A stretch of DNA of 64,000 nucleotides from Anaerolineae bacterium (GCA_011192015.1 DUET01000078.1:14854-78853), one strand, 5' to 3'. Shown: positions 9,274 through 19,156, numbered from the stretch's first letter. Program-made: numbers and translations. Notes: generated by a model not told the origin, from the sequence alone.

Positions 9274-9352
9274 GGCAAGCCTCGGCGTGAGTATACAGGA
9301 GTTATCGTTGGTATGCAATCATGTTGCAAGTTCCATGCCGGATTGTGCGTGA

Positions 9353-9358
9353 TAGAAT
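9353..9358 (+). promoter_or_regulatory. -10 box (TGATAGAAT context) placed for a leaderless trmFO mRNA
   Basis: TAGAAT ends 6 nt before ATG 9365, and there is no SD in between. Confidence 0.45.
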
Positions 9359-9364
9359 CGCCTC

Positions 9365-10756
9365 ATGGGACATGACCTGGTGGTCATCGGGGGAGGATTG
9401 GCGGGAAGTGAGGCCGCCTGGCAGGCGGCGAATCGCGGTTTGAATGTGCGTCTGTACGAGATGCGCCCCAAACGCCAGACAGGAGCGCATCAGAGCGGGT
9501 ATCTGGGTGAATTAGTCTGCTCGAACTCCCTGGGATCCACTTTGCCTGATAGGGCAGGGGGGATGTTAATGGCCGAGCTGCGAAGCATGGGATCGCTCCT
9601 GCTTTCCGTTGCTGAGCAGTTCGCCGTACCTGCTGGAAGGGCTCTGGCTGTCGACCGCAATGCATTCGCACGTGAGATCGACGATCGCATTCGCAGACAT
9701 CCTCGCATCCAAATCGTGCGCAAGGAAGCACGGCGGATCCCAGCCGGATTGGTCATCTTGGCCAGCGGTCCCCTGACCTCGCCGCGTTTGTCCAAGCACA
9801 TGAGCCGCTTGACAGGAGAAGATCATCTCTATTTCTTCGACGCCCTCTCGCCGATCATCGAGGCTTCGAGCATTGATTGGGCCATCGCCTTTCGGGCCTC
9901 ACGCTGGGAGCAGGGGGATGACCTCGAGGGGGATTATGTGAATTGCCCCTTGGATGAGCAAGCCTATGCAAGTTTCGTGGAAGCGTTGCTGGCAGCCGAG
10001 CGCCATCCCCTGCGTTCGTTCGAGCGATCCATTCGGGGAGGGGTGCGTGCTGGGGCGGCGACCTTCTTCGAGGGTTGCTTGCCGATCGAAATCATCGCCG
10101 AACGTGGACGGCAATCACTCGCCTTTGGTCCGATGCGTCCTGTAGGATTGGAAGATCCGCGCACAAATCGCAGACCCCACGCCGTTGTGCAGCTCAGGCA
10201 GGACGATCTTGCCCAAGAGTTGTACAATCTGGTCGGTTTTCAGACCAATCTCACTTACGAGGCTCAGCGGCGGGTTTTCCGCATGATCCCGGGGCTTCAG
10301 AAAGCACGCTTCGTTCGCTACGGGCAGATGCATCGCAATACGTTTATCAATTCCCCGCGTTTGCTCGATCCTACGCTCCGATTCCGCCACCGATCTGATC
10401 TCTTCTTCGCAGGGCAGATCACAGGCGTGGAGGGGTATTTGGGTAACATAGCCACGGGATTGCTGACGGGTGTGAATGCGGCGCGTTGGAGCCGCGGCGA
10501 TGATCTTCTGGTGCTGCCACAAACCACTATGCTGGGCGCGCTGTGCCACTACGTGACTCATGCGGAAGCGAAATCCTTCCAACCCATGAAGGCGAATCTG
10601 GGATTGCTGCCTCCGCTTGCAGATGGCAAGCGTCGCAGGCGACGAGAGCGAGCTCAGGCATATGCCGTGCGAGCCCACCGTGATCTGCGGACAGTGTGGC
10701 AAGAGCATGACGAAGAATTACGCATAGCCAAGGAGCATCATGGGAACGCCGATTAA
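9365..10756 (+). CDS. trmFO: Methylenetetrahydrofolate-tRNA-(uracil54-C5)-methyltransferase
   Basis: FAD motif VIGGGLAGSEAAWQ. ELVCSNSLGS and GVEGY motifs. Collinear over its full length with the TrmFO/Gid family. Confidence 0.93.
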   Translation: MGHDLVVIGGGLAGSEAAWQAANRGLNVRLYEMRPKRQTGAHQSGYLGELVCSNSLGSTLPDRAGGMLMAELRSMGSLLLSVAEQFAVPAGRALAVDRNAFAREIDDRIRRHPRIQIVRKEARRIPAGLVILASGPLTSPRLSKHMSRLTGEDHLYFFDALSPIIEASSIDWAIAFRASRWEQGDDLEGDYVNCPLDEQAYASFVEALLAAERHPLRSFERSIRGGVRAGAATFFEGCLPIEIIAERGRQSLAFGPMRPVGLEDPRTNRRPHAVVQLRQDDLAQELYNLVGFQTNLTYEAQRRVFRMIPGLQKARFVRYGQMHRNTFINSPRLLDPTLRFRHRSDLFFAGQITGVEGYLGNIATGLLTGVNAARWSRGDDLLVLPQTTMLGALCHYVTHAEAKSFQPMKANLGLLPPLADGKRRRRRERAQAYAVRAHRDLRTVWQEHDEELRIAKEHHGNAD

Positions 10757-11636
10757 AGAGCTTCTTTTCCAAATTTCCCTTACTAGCTTGGTCCTTCTAG
10801 CCTGCTGCCTGGCACTTGCGGCCTGTGATGGGCTGGAAACGCGCCTGGCGTTCGACGGAGAAAATGCCTTCCAATTGGCTGCACAACAGCTTGACTTCGG
10901 GCCGCGTCATCCAGGCTCTGAAGGGCATGAGGCAGTTGGGGATTGGATCTTGGCGCAATTGCAGGAAACGGGTTGGGAGGCAATCGAACAACCCTTCCTC
11001 TACCGGGATCAATCGCTGCGCAACATCATCGGCGTGGCCGAAGCCGGCGAGGATGTCTCCATCATTCTTGGTGCCCATTACGACACGCGTCCGATCGCGG
11101 AGATGGATTTGAGCAACCCAGAGCTGCCGGTTCCTGGTGCCAACGATGGCGCATCCGGTGTCGCCGTGCTTCTCGAGCTGGCTCGCGTATTGCGCCCAGA
11201 TACATTATGCGCCCAGGTTTCGTTGGTCTTCTTTGATGCGGAGGACAGCGGGGAGATCGATGGTTGGGATTGGGCGGTGGGGTCGGAGTATTTTGTGGAA
11301 ACCTTGGAGATCCCACCGCAGGCCGTGGTCATCGTGGACATGGTCGGTGATGAGGATTTGCACCTGCATTATGAACGTAACTCCGACAGCGAGATCTCTC
11401 AGGAGATCTGGTCTATGGGGGAACAGCTTGGATACCCCGCTTTCATCCCTCAACAGAAATACAGCATTCTCGATGACCATACAGCCTTTCTTCGTCAGGG
11501 CATTCCTGCCGTGGACATCATCGATTTCGACTATCCCTATTGGCACACAACACAGGACACCCTCGAGCATATCTCTGCGTACAGCTTGGAGCAGGTCGGT
11601 CGAACCCTCGAAGCATGGTTACAAACCTGCCCGTGA
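10740..11636 (+). CDS. M28-family zinc peptidase / glutaminyl-cyclase-like lipoprotein
   Basis: Lipobox-like N-terminus LVLLACCLALAAC. Motifs GAHYDTRP, PGANDGASGVAVLLE, FFDAEDSG, VDMVGD. Overlaps the trmFO end by 17 nt. Confidence 0.75.
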   Translation: MGTPIKELLFQISLTSLVLLACCLALAACDGLETRLAFDGENAFQLAAQQLDFGPRHPGSEGHEAVGDWILAQLQETGWEAIEQPFLYRDQSLRNIIGVAEAGEDVSIILGAHYDTRPIAEMDLSNPELPVPGANDGASGVAVLLELARVLRPDTLCAQVSLVFFDAEDSGEIDGWDWAVGSEYFVETLEIPPQAVVIVDMVGDEDLHLHYERNSDSEISQEIWSMGEQLGYPAFIPQQKYSILDDHTAFLRQGIPAVDIIDFDYPYWHTTQDTLEHISAYSLEQVGRTLEAWLQTCP

Positions 11637-11731
11637 TGGGATTGTGAAACGAATCGAAGCCGTTATGCAAACCTGTATGGTAGCCCAGGCAGGCCCGCGT
11701 TTATGCCGTATACGGCTACCGGCCGAGACAG

Positions 11732-11737
11732 TATAAT
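11732..11737 (+). promoter_or_regulatory. -10 box placed for a leaderless hflX mRNA
   Basis: TATAAT ends 6 nt before ATG 11744, with no SD. Confidence 0.45.
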
Positions 11738-11743
11738 CAGACC

Positions 11744-13150
11744 ATGAGTAAAATCTCTCTTCCAACGGAGCTTCCCCGAGAGCGCGCCTTCTTGGTAGGT
11801 GTCGAACTGCAAACCGAGCCAGGTCTGCTCGCTATGAGCGATTCCTTGAGCGAGCTTGCCTTGCTGGCGGATACGGCGGGTCTTGTGGTCGTCGGTCAAA
11901 CATCGCAGCGTCTTCAACGTCCCAATCCAAAGACCTACATTGGTTCAGGCAAGGTCCAGGAAGTGCGTAAATTGGCTGAAGAAGCCATGGCGGATGTGAT
12001 CCTTTTCGATGTCGAATTATCGCCGAGGCATCAGCGCGAGCTGGAACGGATCTTCGAAGCTGGCAAACGCCTGGGGGAGGGCATGCGGGTCATCGATCGA
12101 ACAGCCTTGATCCTGGACATCTTCGCCCAGCACGCGCATACGCGCGAAGGCTCGCTGCAGGTGGAGCTGGCGCAGCTGGAATATCGGCTGCCGCGCCTTA
12201 CTCGAGCCTGGACTCACCTTGCCCGGCAGGCCGGTGGAGGTGGGGGGCGCGCCGGTCGATCCGGAGGCGTAGGATTGCGGGGACCTGGAGAGACTCAGAT
12301 CGAGGTTGACCGGCGAGAGATCGGGCGCCGAATCGCACATTTGCGTGAAGAGCTGGAGAAAGTGCGCGCCCATCGATCTCGCTACCGCACCCGGCGCCAA
12401 CGAGCCGATATCCCCACTGTGGCTCTCGTGGGTTACACCAATGCAGGAAAATCCACGCTCCTGAACCGGCTTTCTGGATCGGACGTTTTGGTGGCCGATC
12501 AGCTCTTCGCTACCCTGGATCCCACAACACGGCGCGTCGAACTGCCCGAAGGTCAAGCGGTCTTGATCACGGATACAGTGGGTTTCATCCAGAAACTTCC
12601 TACGACACTCGTCGCCGCGTTCCGGGCTACGCTGGAGGAAATCGTTGAGGCCAATCTGCTGCTGCATGTTGTGGATGTGAATCATCCCAATGCGCTGCAG
12701 CAGGCTGAAGCTGTACGCACGACACTTGCGGAGATCGACGGCATGGGTATACCGGTGGTAACGGCTCTGAACAAGATCGATCTTCTGGATGGTTCTCAAA
12801 GGGTCGACGAGATCGAATATGAATTCGATTCAGCGGTGCGCATATCTGCCACGAAGGGTGAGGGCATTCCTGAACTCATGACGGTCCTCGAGAGGGAGTT
12901 GTATGAGGCCATGGTGCAGATCGAGGTCTTTCTTCCTTACAGCGCCATGGCGCTTCAGAGCCTCATGCACGCGGAGGGAAGTGTGGAGTTTACCGAACAC
13001 AAGCAGGACGGTGTACTGATCCGCGGCCGAATCCCCAAACAACTCGTGGCGAAGTTCCGGAAATACCGCATGCCGAAGCATGCTGCGGTCCTGCCTCCGG
13101 ATGCCGACCTTGACGGCCCAGCGCCAGATGTCCAGCAAGACCCTGCTTGA
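11744..13150 (+). CDS. hflX: GTPase HflX
   Basis: HflX N-domain (GSGKVQEVRKLAEE...). G1 GYTNAGKSTLLN, G3 DTVGF, G4 NKID. Confidence 0.92.
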   Translation: MSKISLPTELPRERAFLVGVELQTEPGLLAMSDSLSELALLADTAGLVVVGQTSQRLQRPNPKTYIGSGKVQEVRKLAEEAMADVILFDVELSPRHQRELERIFEAGKRLGEGMRVIDRTALILDIFAQHAHTREGSLQVELAQLEYRLPRLTRAWTHLARQAGGGGGRAGRSGGVGLRGPGETQIEVDRREIGRRIAHLREELEKVRAHRSRYRTRRQRADIPTVALVGYTNAGKSTLLNRLSGSDVLVADQLFATLDPTTRRVELPEGQAVLITDTVGFIQKLPTTLVAAFRATLEEIVEANLLLHVVDVNHPNALQQAEAVRTTLAEIDGMGIPVVTALNKIDLLDGSQRVDEIEYEFDSAVRISATKGEGIPELMTVLERELYEAMVQIEVFLPYSAMALQSLMHAEGSVEFTEHKQDGVLIRGRIPKQLVAKFRKYRMPKHAAVLPPDADLDGPAPDVQQDPA

Positions 13151-13215
13151 ATAGCCCTTAATAAGCGCTGGGGATTATTCCACTAGCCCACATTCAACCT
13201 GGATTTTATCTTTGT

Positions 13216-15231
13216 TTACGGACATGCGACTTCGTGCACGGACGTCCATTCGTCTTCGTAGATCTTGTCCAGGCAGCCCTGTGCTTTCCAATCACGAATT
13301 ACCAGGATGGCACGGCGCATCACGCCGTATGGATCATGCTGCAGGAGAAAATCGAGATCCTCAATATTGAGGAGCACATGGGTGAAACCGTTCTGGGAGA
13401 ACCAGGAGGCAAGCTCTTGGGTCTCAGCCGCATCCGAGATCTCTCTTGCCCACCGGAAGTGATCTGGATCGGGGACGCATAGATCCGGACAGTAATAAGC
13501 CCGGCCATTTCCGATGAAAAGCGTTCGGGTTGTTGGTGGAAGATTGTCGTTGATGAATACGGTTGCGGGGAAGTCCCGAACGATGCGAGATAGGAATTCC
13601 TCTCGGCTCTCCAATCCCACCGTGGGCAGTTGCGGCGAAAAGCCGAAGACGATGACAATCTGGTAGAAGAGCGTGAGCACAATCAATCCGATGGTTAGTG
13701 AGGGGAGGAATATTCTCCAGGGAAAGCGGCTCTTGACTTGTGCGAGCACGCGATTGGCGACGAAAGCCGTACCTATTGCGAGCGTGGGAAAGATGGGAAG
13801 CAGGAAGCGCGTCTGCTGGGATCCAAATGCCCACAGAACGAAAAGAATGCCCGCCAGCAGAAGCGAATGGGAGAGCACGCGTGATTTCTTCCTCACGAAG
13901 GGGTAGAAGAGCAGGAGTGGGAAGAGCACACTCGGCAAATCGATCTTGTTCATCACGGTGCCAAATTGAGGGTATTTCACGTAGAGGTTCCAGGGAATGA
14001 GAAGGTAGTCGATCACAGATCGGCCCGCGCCGAAGCTCTTGAGATACCCCATGTAGAGGTTCAAACGTGTCGTGTCCCAGCCGGGACCTCCGAAGTAGAG
14101 AGGGTAAACCGGGTTCCCCAACCAGATCCAGTTCTTTAGATACCAGGGCGAGGCCACCAGAACGGCCGGTAGGGCATACGAGAGCGTGCTTCGAAAGAAC
14201 TCCTTCCATCCGTCACGAATGTGAGCCAAGGCAAGGAATGCGCCCAGAACAGCGAAGCCTATCACGCCCAGGTACTTGCTCCCCATGGCCAATCCACTGA
14301 GCAACCCGGCAATGATGTAAAAACGGCGATGCCTCGTTTTCCACCCGATCATCACGACAAAGAGGGCAAGGAACTCAAGAGCAGCCCATCCCAAATCGAT
14401 GTATGCAAACGCAGCCCACATCGGCAGGACATGGATCGTGAGCAGCACTCCGGCAGAAAGCACAGCATCTTCACGGGATAACCACCGCCGAGCAAAGAGC
14501 GCAGCCGCGATCACATAGAGCCAACCCGCTGAATAGTGGAGCAGCTTGGGGAAGATGTCGTCACCGAACGCCAGACCGATCGTGGAGACCATCTCCCAGG
14601 TGAAAGGATCATTGGCATGCCAGTTGTCGATTTCAGGGGTGATGGCATGCTGCTCCAGAAAGAGACGCGGACCGGGAAGGTAGTACATGAGCCCGTCGTA
14701 GTCCCAGGGAGGGCTGAGCGTGTGGATGAAGACCAATACGGCGATCCCCAATGCCAGTACGAGAAAGCAATAGTGTAGGATCGAAGATCTGGAAAGCCAC
14801 CTGATAATGTCGATCGCTTGCCGGAAGAACGCGCGGCATGCCTCATGAATGTACGGACCGACGGCGACGGTCGTTATTCCGATCAAAGCCAGGATGGTTG
14901 TTCTGCCAAGGATGTGTAGAAAACCCGCTGCCAGCATCGAATAACTGAGCATCCCAATACCGAGAGCGAAACCGATCGCCAGGTTCTCTGCGGTTGTAAG
15001 CCCCGGAAGCGAGAAGGATCGCAGCAGAAACAGGCCGAGACCTGCTGCTATGCTCATGATGAAAAGCCAGAAGACAACGCTGATGGAGTTATCCAGGATG
15101 GCGATGAGGCCTTTATCGTCCATACCCCGGGGAGGGATCAGGAGCCGCAACCCAACCACAAGGACTGCGATCACCAGCCAGATGATGCGAGCACGCAAGG
15201 GATGTGAAATGCGAGGCACAGGCGGCTTCAT
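13216..15231 (-). CDS. Polytopic GT-C-type membrane glycosyltransferase (ArnT/PMT family 39/83-like)
   Basis: About 12 predicted TM helices. The first-loop acidic motif PWDYDGLMYY and the overall layout are typical of PMT_2-type enzymes. The C-terminal ~130 aa are soluble. Family assignment is by eye only. Confidence 0.6.
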   Translation of the reverse strand: MKPPVPRISHPLRARIIWLVIAVLVVGLRLLIPPRGMDDKGLIAILDNSISVVFWLFIMSIAAGLGLFLLRSFSLPGLTTAENLAIGFALGIGMLSYSMLAAGFLHILGRTTILALIGITTVAVGPYIHEACRAFFRQAIDIIRWLSRSSILHYCFLVLALGIAVLVFIHTLSPPWDYDGLMYYLPGPRLFLEQHAITPEIDNWHANDPFTWEMVSTIGLAFGDDIFPKLLHYSAGWLYVIAAALFARRWLSREDAVLSAGVLLTIHVLPMWAAFAYIDLGWAALEFLALFVVMIGWKTRHRRFYIIAGLLSGLAMGSKYLGVIGFAVLGAFLALAHIRDGWKEFFRSTLSYALPAVLVASPWYLKNWIWLGNPVYPLYFGGPGWDTTRLNLYMGYLKSFGAGRSVIDYLLIPWNLYVKYPQFGTVMNKIDLPSVLFPLLLFYPFVRKKSRVLSHSLLLAGILFVLWAFGSQQTRFLLPIFPTLAIGTAFVANRVLAQVKSRFPWRIFLPSLTIGLIVLTLFYQIVIVFGFSPQLPTVGLESREEFLSRIVRDFPATVFINDNLPPTTRTLFIGNGRAYYCPDLCVPDPDHFRWAREISDAAETQELASWFSQNGFTHVLLNIEDLDFLLQHDPYGVMRRAILVIRDWKAQGCLDKIYEDEWTSVHEVACP

Positions 15232-15390
15232 GGCGCAGGATTATACAATGGTGAAGAATGATTGAAAACTGAGACGCCAGTCCTGAATAAGCTGAAGGGA
15301 CGACGGTTGGTTCCAAGTTGGCCTCGATAATGCTCTCCACGTGACTTTCCCAATGGAAATCGGGCTCTCACTCTATCGCAACAGTCGTGA

Positions 15391-15787
15391 TCTCCGTCGA
15401 TCCGCGCGTGGTGTTATCGGCGATCGACATCGCGCCCGATCCCACCCGATCTGCGAGGACATGGAAGATCGGACCCAACTCCAAGCGATCTGACGATGGA
15501 TGATGTGCAGTCGGATTTGGAGAACGCCCTGCGGGAATTGGATGTCGAAGGGAAGGTCATCGTTGCCGGCCATTCCTGGGACGGAGGAAGTGGATGTGAG
15601 TGCTTCGGGGTACATGGCCATGCTGGAGCGGTGGGAGGCGGTCAACAGGGCGATCCAGCGTTTCCTGGATGATGCGCAACGCACTTGGAGGGATCAACAT
15701 GCTCATACGGAATCAACCATGCGAGCCGAGCCGGAGGTTTTCGCCTGTTTATTGAGCGATTTTCTGATCTCTCCTCATCAGGATTGA
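15391..15787 (+). pseudogene. Decayed alpha/beta-hydrolase remnant (frameshift plus internal deletion)
   Basis: Frame 1 (15391-15669) reads ...IPPDLRGHGRSDPTPSDLTMDDVQSDLENALRELDVEGKVIVAGHSWDGG. This contains the DxRGxGxS motif and the GHSxGG nucleophile elbow. The +1 frame (to 15787) ends ...HAHTESTMRAEPEVFACLLSDFL, which is the typical catalytic-His/E-PE/FL C-terminus. The N-terminal ~70 aa and the cap/Asp region are missing. Confidence 0.5.
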
Positions 15788-15957
15788 GTTCCGGAAATTG
15801 ATACGTTTTGTCCCAAAATGGCGCTTTCTCATTCGATTTTCTCGATGAAAGCTGCGCATAGCCATTAGATTCGCTTCGATTCGCTCCCAGGATCGCCGCG
15901 ATTCCCTCATGGCTCGCCTCTTCATGATTTTTCAAAGCACGTTGGGTGGGGGTCAGA

Positions 15958-17034
15958 TCATCCTTCAGAACGATCAGAGCGGTTGTCGAATATGTCGTAA
16001 TACCCACGGTCCAGCTCGTCGTCAGATAGGTGGGCATAACGTTGCGTCACAGCGATGCTGCGATGGCGCGCCAGTTCTTGGGCGAGTTTGAGGTTGCCAC
16101 CGGAACCACGCAACACGGTTGTTACAAAGTAGTGGCGGAACGAATGCGGCGTGACGGTCCCTACAGCATCTTCGCCCAGGGCCTGCCTGGTCCGTGCGGC
16201 AACGATAGCCCGGCCGGTGGTCGTGCTGATCGGCAGTACCTTCTTCCCGGCCGCTTTGTCGTGTCGGGCGAAGAGTGGCAGGGATCGCAGGGGGCGTCCA
16301 GAGCCGCCATCCAGCTTGGCGCGTGTGGTTAGATAATCCTTGAGGGCGGAGATCGCACGGCGTGAGAAGCGCACCACAGCCTGGCGGTCGCCTTTGCCGA
16401 TGAGTACGGCTCGGGCTTCTGCCCAGTCGACGTCACCTCTGCGGAGCGCGCAGGCTTCGTGAACACGAAGGCCTGTGTCGGCCAGGGTCAGCAGGAAGGC
16501 TCGATCGCGCAGCAGCCGCAGTCTGTGGCGTTCGTCTTCCGAGGGCTTGGATGCGAGTTTCATCGCATAATCCAGGATTTCTTCAATCGCTCGGCGTGGA
16601 AATTGAGGCAGGCGTTGTCCGGGGCGCCGTGCGCGGCGGCGGATCAGGAGGCGAAGACGAGGCAGATTGAGCGTTGCCAGGCGTTCAGCAGCGAGAAATT
16701 CATACCATCCTGCAACGGCTGTCAAATAGAGGCGTTCGGTGGCGGGAGCGTGAAGATTCAGGTCGGTAATGAAGAGCAGGATCCAGTTTTCGTCCGCCTG
16801 GGAGGTGGAAGCTTGCTGAGGATCGATGTTGTGATCCAGAAGCGTTGTGGCGAAGGATGTCAACGCGTTGGCATATGTCCGTGCGGTGTTGGCGCTGCGT
16901 GCCAGCGTGACGCTCTCCAGATAGGCTTCGAAGCTGTCTTCTAAAGACATTTCAGACATGAAAAGATCCTCAGAGGAGATTTTGTCCGGTTTCCGGCTCG
17001 GAGAAACCATGTTGTTGATAATGATACTTATCAT
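15958..17034 (-). CDS. Tyrosine recombinase / phage-type integrase (XerC/D-like)
   Basis: Catalytic signature LADTGLRVHEA (Arg), HSFRHY (His-x-x-Arg), RHRS, RYAHL (Tyr). The likely true start is ATG 16959 (GAGGA 7 nt upstream). Confidence 0.85.
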   Translation of the reverse strand: MISIIINNMVSPSRKPDKISSEDLFMSEMSLEDSFEAYLESVTLARSANTARTYANALTSFATTLLDHNIDPQQASTSQADENWILLFITDLNLHAPATERLYLTAVAGWYEFLAAERLATLNLPRLRLLIRRRARRPGQRLPQFPRRAIEEILDYAMKLASKPSEDERHRLRLLRDRAFLLTLADTGLRVHEACALRRGDVDWAEARAVLIGKGDRQAVVRFSRRAISALKDYLTTRAKLDGGSGRPLRSLPLFARHDKAAGKKVLPISTTTGRAIVAARTRQALGEDAVGTVTPHSFRHYFVTTVLRGSGGNLKLAQELARHRSIAVTQRYAHLSDDELDRGYYDIFDNRSDRSEG

Positions 17035-17288
17035 AAGCGTAATAATAGTAGCATGAAACCGGTCTCCTTGTCAAGACCCCTCCCCTCTGTTCCGATCTGA
17101 ATTCAATAGAGAAAGCAGGAGTTTCTTGATTAATGAAGCGCGTATTTACAGATAATCCAATCGGACATGGCGATCGCAAATGAATCTTTGGATCCCCCCA
17201 CCCGATCCCTGGGGATCATGGGTGGTCTCTGGGATGAGAACGATGCACATTAAAGATTATGTCAAAGGAAGAGCTGTCGGTGGTTGCA

Positions 17289-18365
17289 CTACGATTGGTT
17301 GGGATTGCGGTTTGCGATGGTCTGTAGTTCGTTGCGTTCCCAGCAACGTTTGAAGACCTCGACCATACGAGGATCAAATTGTTTTCCCGCTTCCTGGATG
17401 ACCAATTCGTATGCGGTATCCAAATCGATGGCAGCTCGGTAGGGGCGATGCGAGGTCATGGCATCGAAGGCATCCACCACTGCGAGCAATCTGGCTTCTT
17501 CCGGGATCTTCTCACCGGCAAGACCTTCTGGATATCCTTTGCCGTCCCAGCGCTCGTGATGGTAGAGAATCATAGGAATTGCAGGTGCCAGATAGGGGAT
17601 GTCCTCGATCATCTTTGCCCCTCGAACAGGATGCTTGCGCATGACTTTCCATTCATCCTCCTTGAGGGGTTCGGTTTTCTGAAGGATGGATTCGTAAACA
17701 TCGATCTTGCCGATGTCGTGCAGGATGGCACCAAATTCAAGCGCCTCCCTGCGTTCCTCATCCCAATCCAATTCCCTGGCCATGGCTTGGGCGTAGGCAT
17801 TCACTCGATCCACATGATCACGTGTGTATGGATCTCGGGCTTCGATGGCATTTGCCAGTGCGCGCAGGCTTGCCATATAGGCAGACTTGAGCTGCACCAG
17901 CATCATTTCATCGGCTCGTTGTAAACGGGATTGTACGGCTGCAAGAAGTTCGTGGCTTGTGATCGGCTTCGCGATGTAATCGTCCACACCCATCGATTTG
18001 CCGGCGACGATATCTTCTCGTGTGCCTCGCGCGGTTAGGAAGATGAACGGTATTCCAATCCCACCGGGCTGTTTTCGAACGGCGCCGAACAATTGAATGC
18101 CATCCATCACAGGCATGGAGATATCGGAGAGGATCAGGGATGGTCTTTCCTCGGCCATCACATCCAGGGCGGCCTGCCCGTTGGCGGCAGTGCGAACGAT
18201 GTAACCCGCGCTGATCAGGATGTCGCGCAGAGCGATCATCATCGATGGATCGTCTTCAACTACGAGAACAGGACCGTGGGTTCTTCGTATTTCCTTCTCG
18301 AGCATATAGGATCCACTTTGAAATGCATACTGCTGATTGTCAAACCGGTAAGTCACAGCCATCAA
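17289..18365 (-). CDS. Response regulator with HD-GYP domain (probable c-di-GMP phosphodiesterase)
   Basis: REC domain VLVVEDDPSMM...LILSDISMPVMDG. HD-GYP motifs ILHDIGK and HHERWDGKGYPEGL. Confidence 0.88.
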   Translation of the reverse strand: MMAVTYRFDNQQYAFQSGSYMLEKEIRRTHGPVLVVEDDPSMMIALRDILISAGYIVRTAANGQAALDVMAEERPSLILSDISMPVMDGIQLFGAVRKQPGGIGIPFIFLTARGTREDIVAGKSMGVDDYIAKPITSHELLAAVQSRLQRADEMMLVQLKSAYMASLRALANAIEARDPYTRDHVDRVNAYAQAMARELDWDEERREALEFGAILHDIGKIDVYESILQKTEPLKEDEWKVMRKHPVRGAKMIEDIPYLAPAIPMILYHHERWDGKGYPEGLAGEKIPEEARLLAVVDAFDAMTSHRPYRAAIDLDTAYELVIQEAGKQFDPRMVEVFKRCWERNELQTIANRNPNQS

Positions 18366-18682
18366 TTATCTTTGTGCTGATCGATTTCATCAAGAATATC
18401 TCTGGTACCCTTCTTGGTTTGGAAAGAGTTGGAATTTATTGCTTGATCCCAGCTAACTGGCTTGGATTATACCGGAGGTATGGAGCTTTCTGGGATTCAA
18501 TCGTGGTTGCAGAATCACCGACAGCCTGTGAAGTTGTGTGCACGAATACCCCTCCCGAATCAGATTACTCACAAATCCAAGGTGTAGATTCCCACCCTGG
18601 CATGCTACAATCGCGGTCACGTATTGCTTTGATACGGGCACACCTGGGACAGCGAAAAGGATCGAGTTGATCGGGAACGAGG

Positions 18683-19156
18683 ATGAACGTGGGTGAGGAA
18701 TCAACGAAAGTTGTGGCCACCAACCGAAAGGCTTCGCGTGATTATTTTCTCGAAGATCGCCTCGAAGCCGGTATCGTGTTGCTCGGAACTGAGATCAAAT
18801 CGGTGCGCGCTGGTCAGGTGAGTCTGCGTGAATCCTATGTTCGCATCGATGGTCGAGAGGCATTTTTAATGAATGCCCATATCGCGCCCTATGATCCTGC
18901 AAGTCGGGAGAATCACGAGCCCAAGAGACCACGGAAGCTCCTGCTCCACCGCAGGGAGATTGTACGGTTGTTTGATCAGGTCCGTATTCGTGGGCGAACG
19001 ATCATTCCTACCAAAATGTATCTGCGGCGTGGTCGTGCCAAACTGGAGATTGCGCTGGCAACAGGCAAGAAGAAATATGACAAGCGCCGGGAGATCGCGA
19101 AGCGAGATGCAGCGCGTGAGGTGGAACGTGCGTTGAGACGTAAGGGGAGAAAATGA
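18683..19156 (+). CDS. smpB: SsrA-binding protein
   Basis: NRKASRDYFLEDRLEAGIVLLGTEIKSVR and a basic C-terminal tail. A TGCTACAAT -10 lies at 18602-18610. Confidence 0.93.
   Translation: MNVGEESTKVVATNRKASRDYFLEDRLEAGIVLLGTEIKSVRAGQVSLRESYVRIDGREAFLMNAHIAPYDPASRENHEPKRPRKLLLHRREIVRLFDQVRIRGRTIIPTKMYLRRGRAKLEIALATGKKKYDKRREIAKRDAAREVERALRRKGRK

Noticed and set aside
15642-16037. 131-aa minus ORF, and the 95-aa + ORF 15500..15787 as intact genes.
   Set aside because: The minus ORF overlaps the integrase 3' end and has no start context. The + ORF is better explained as the C-terminal fragment of the decayed alpha/beta-hydrolase.
1-17100. Apparent higher GC on the left (sampled line near position 1 about 58%) versus AT-richer stretches further right (sampled line at 23221 about 37%), suggesting an island bounded by the integrase.
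   Set aside because: Only a few 60-nt lines were counted. GC-rich stretches also occur on the right (line 33001 about 63%; mnmA looks GC-rich by eye). The left block also contains core genes (trmFO, hflX). This is not claimable without a sliding-window calculation.
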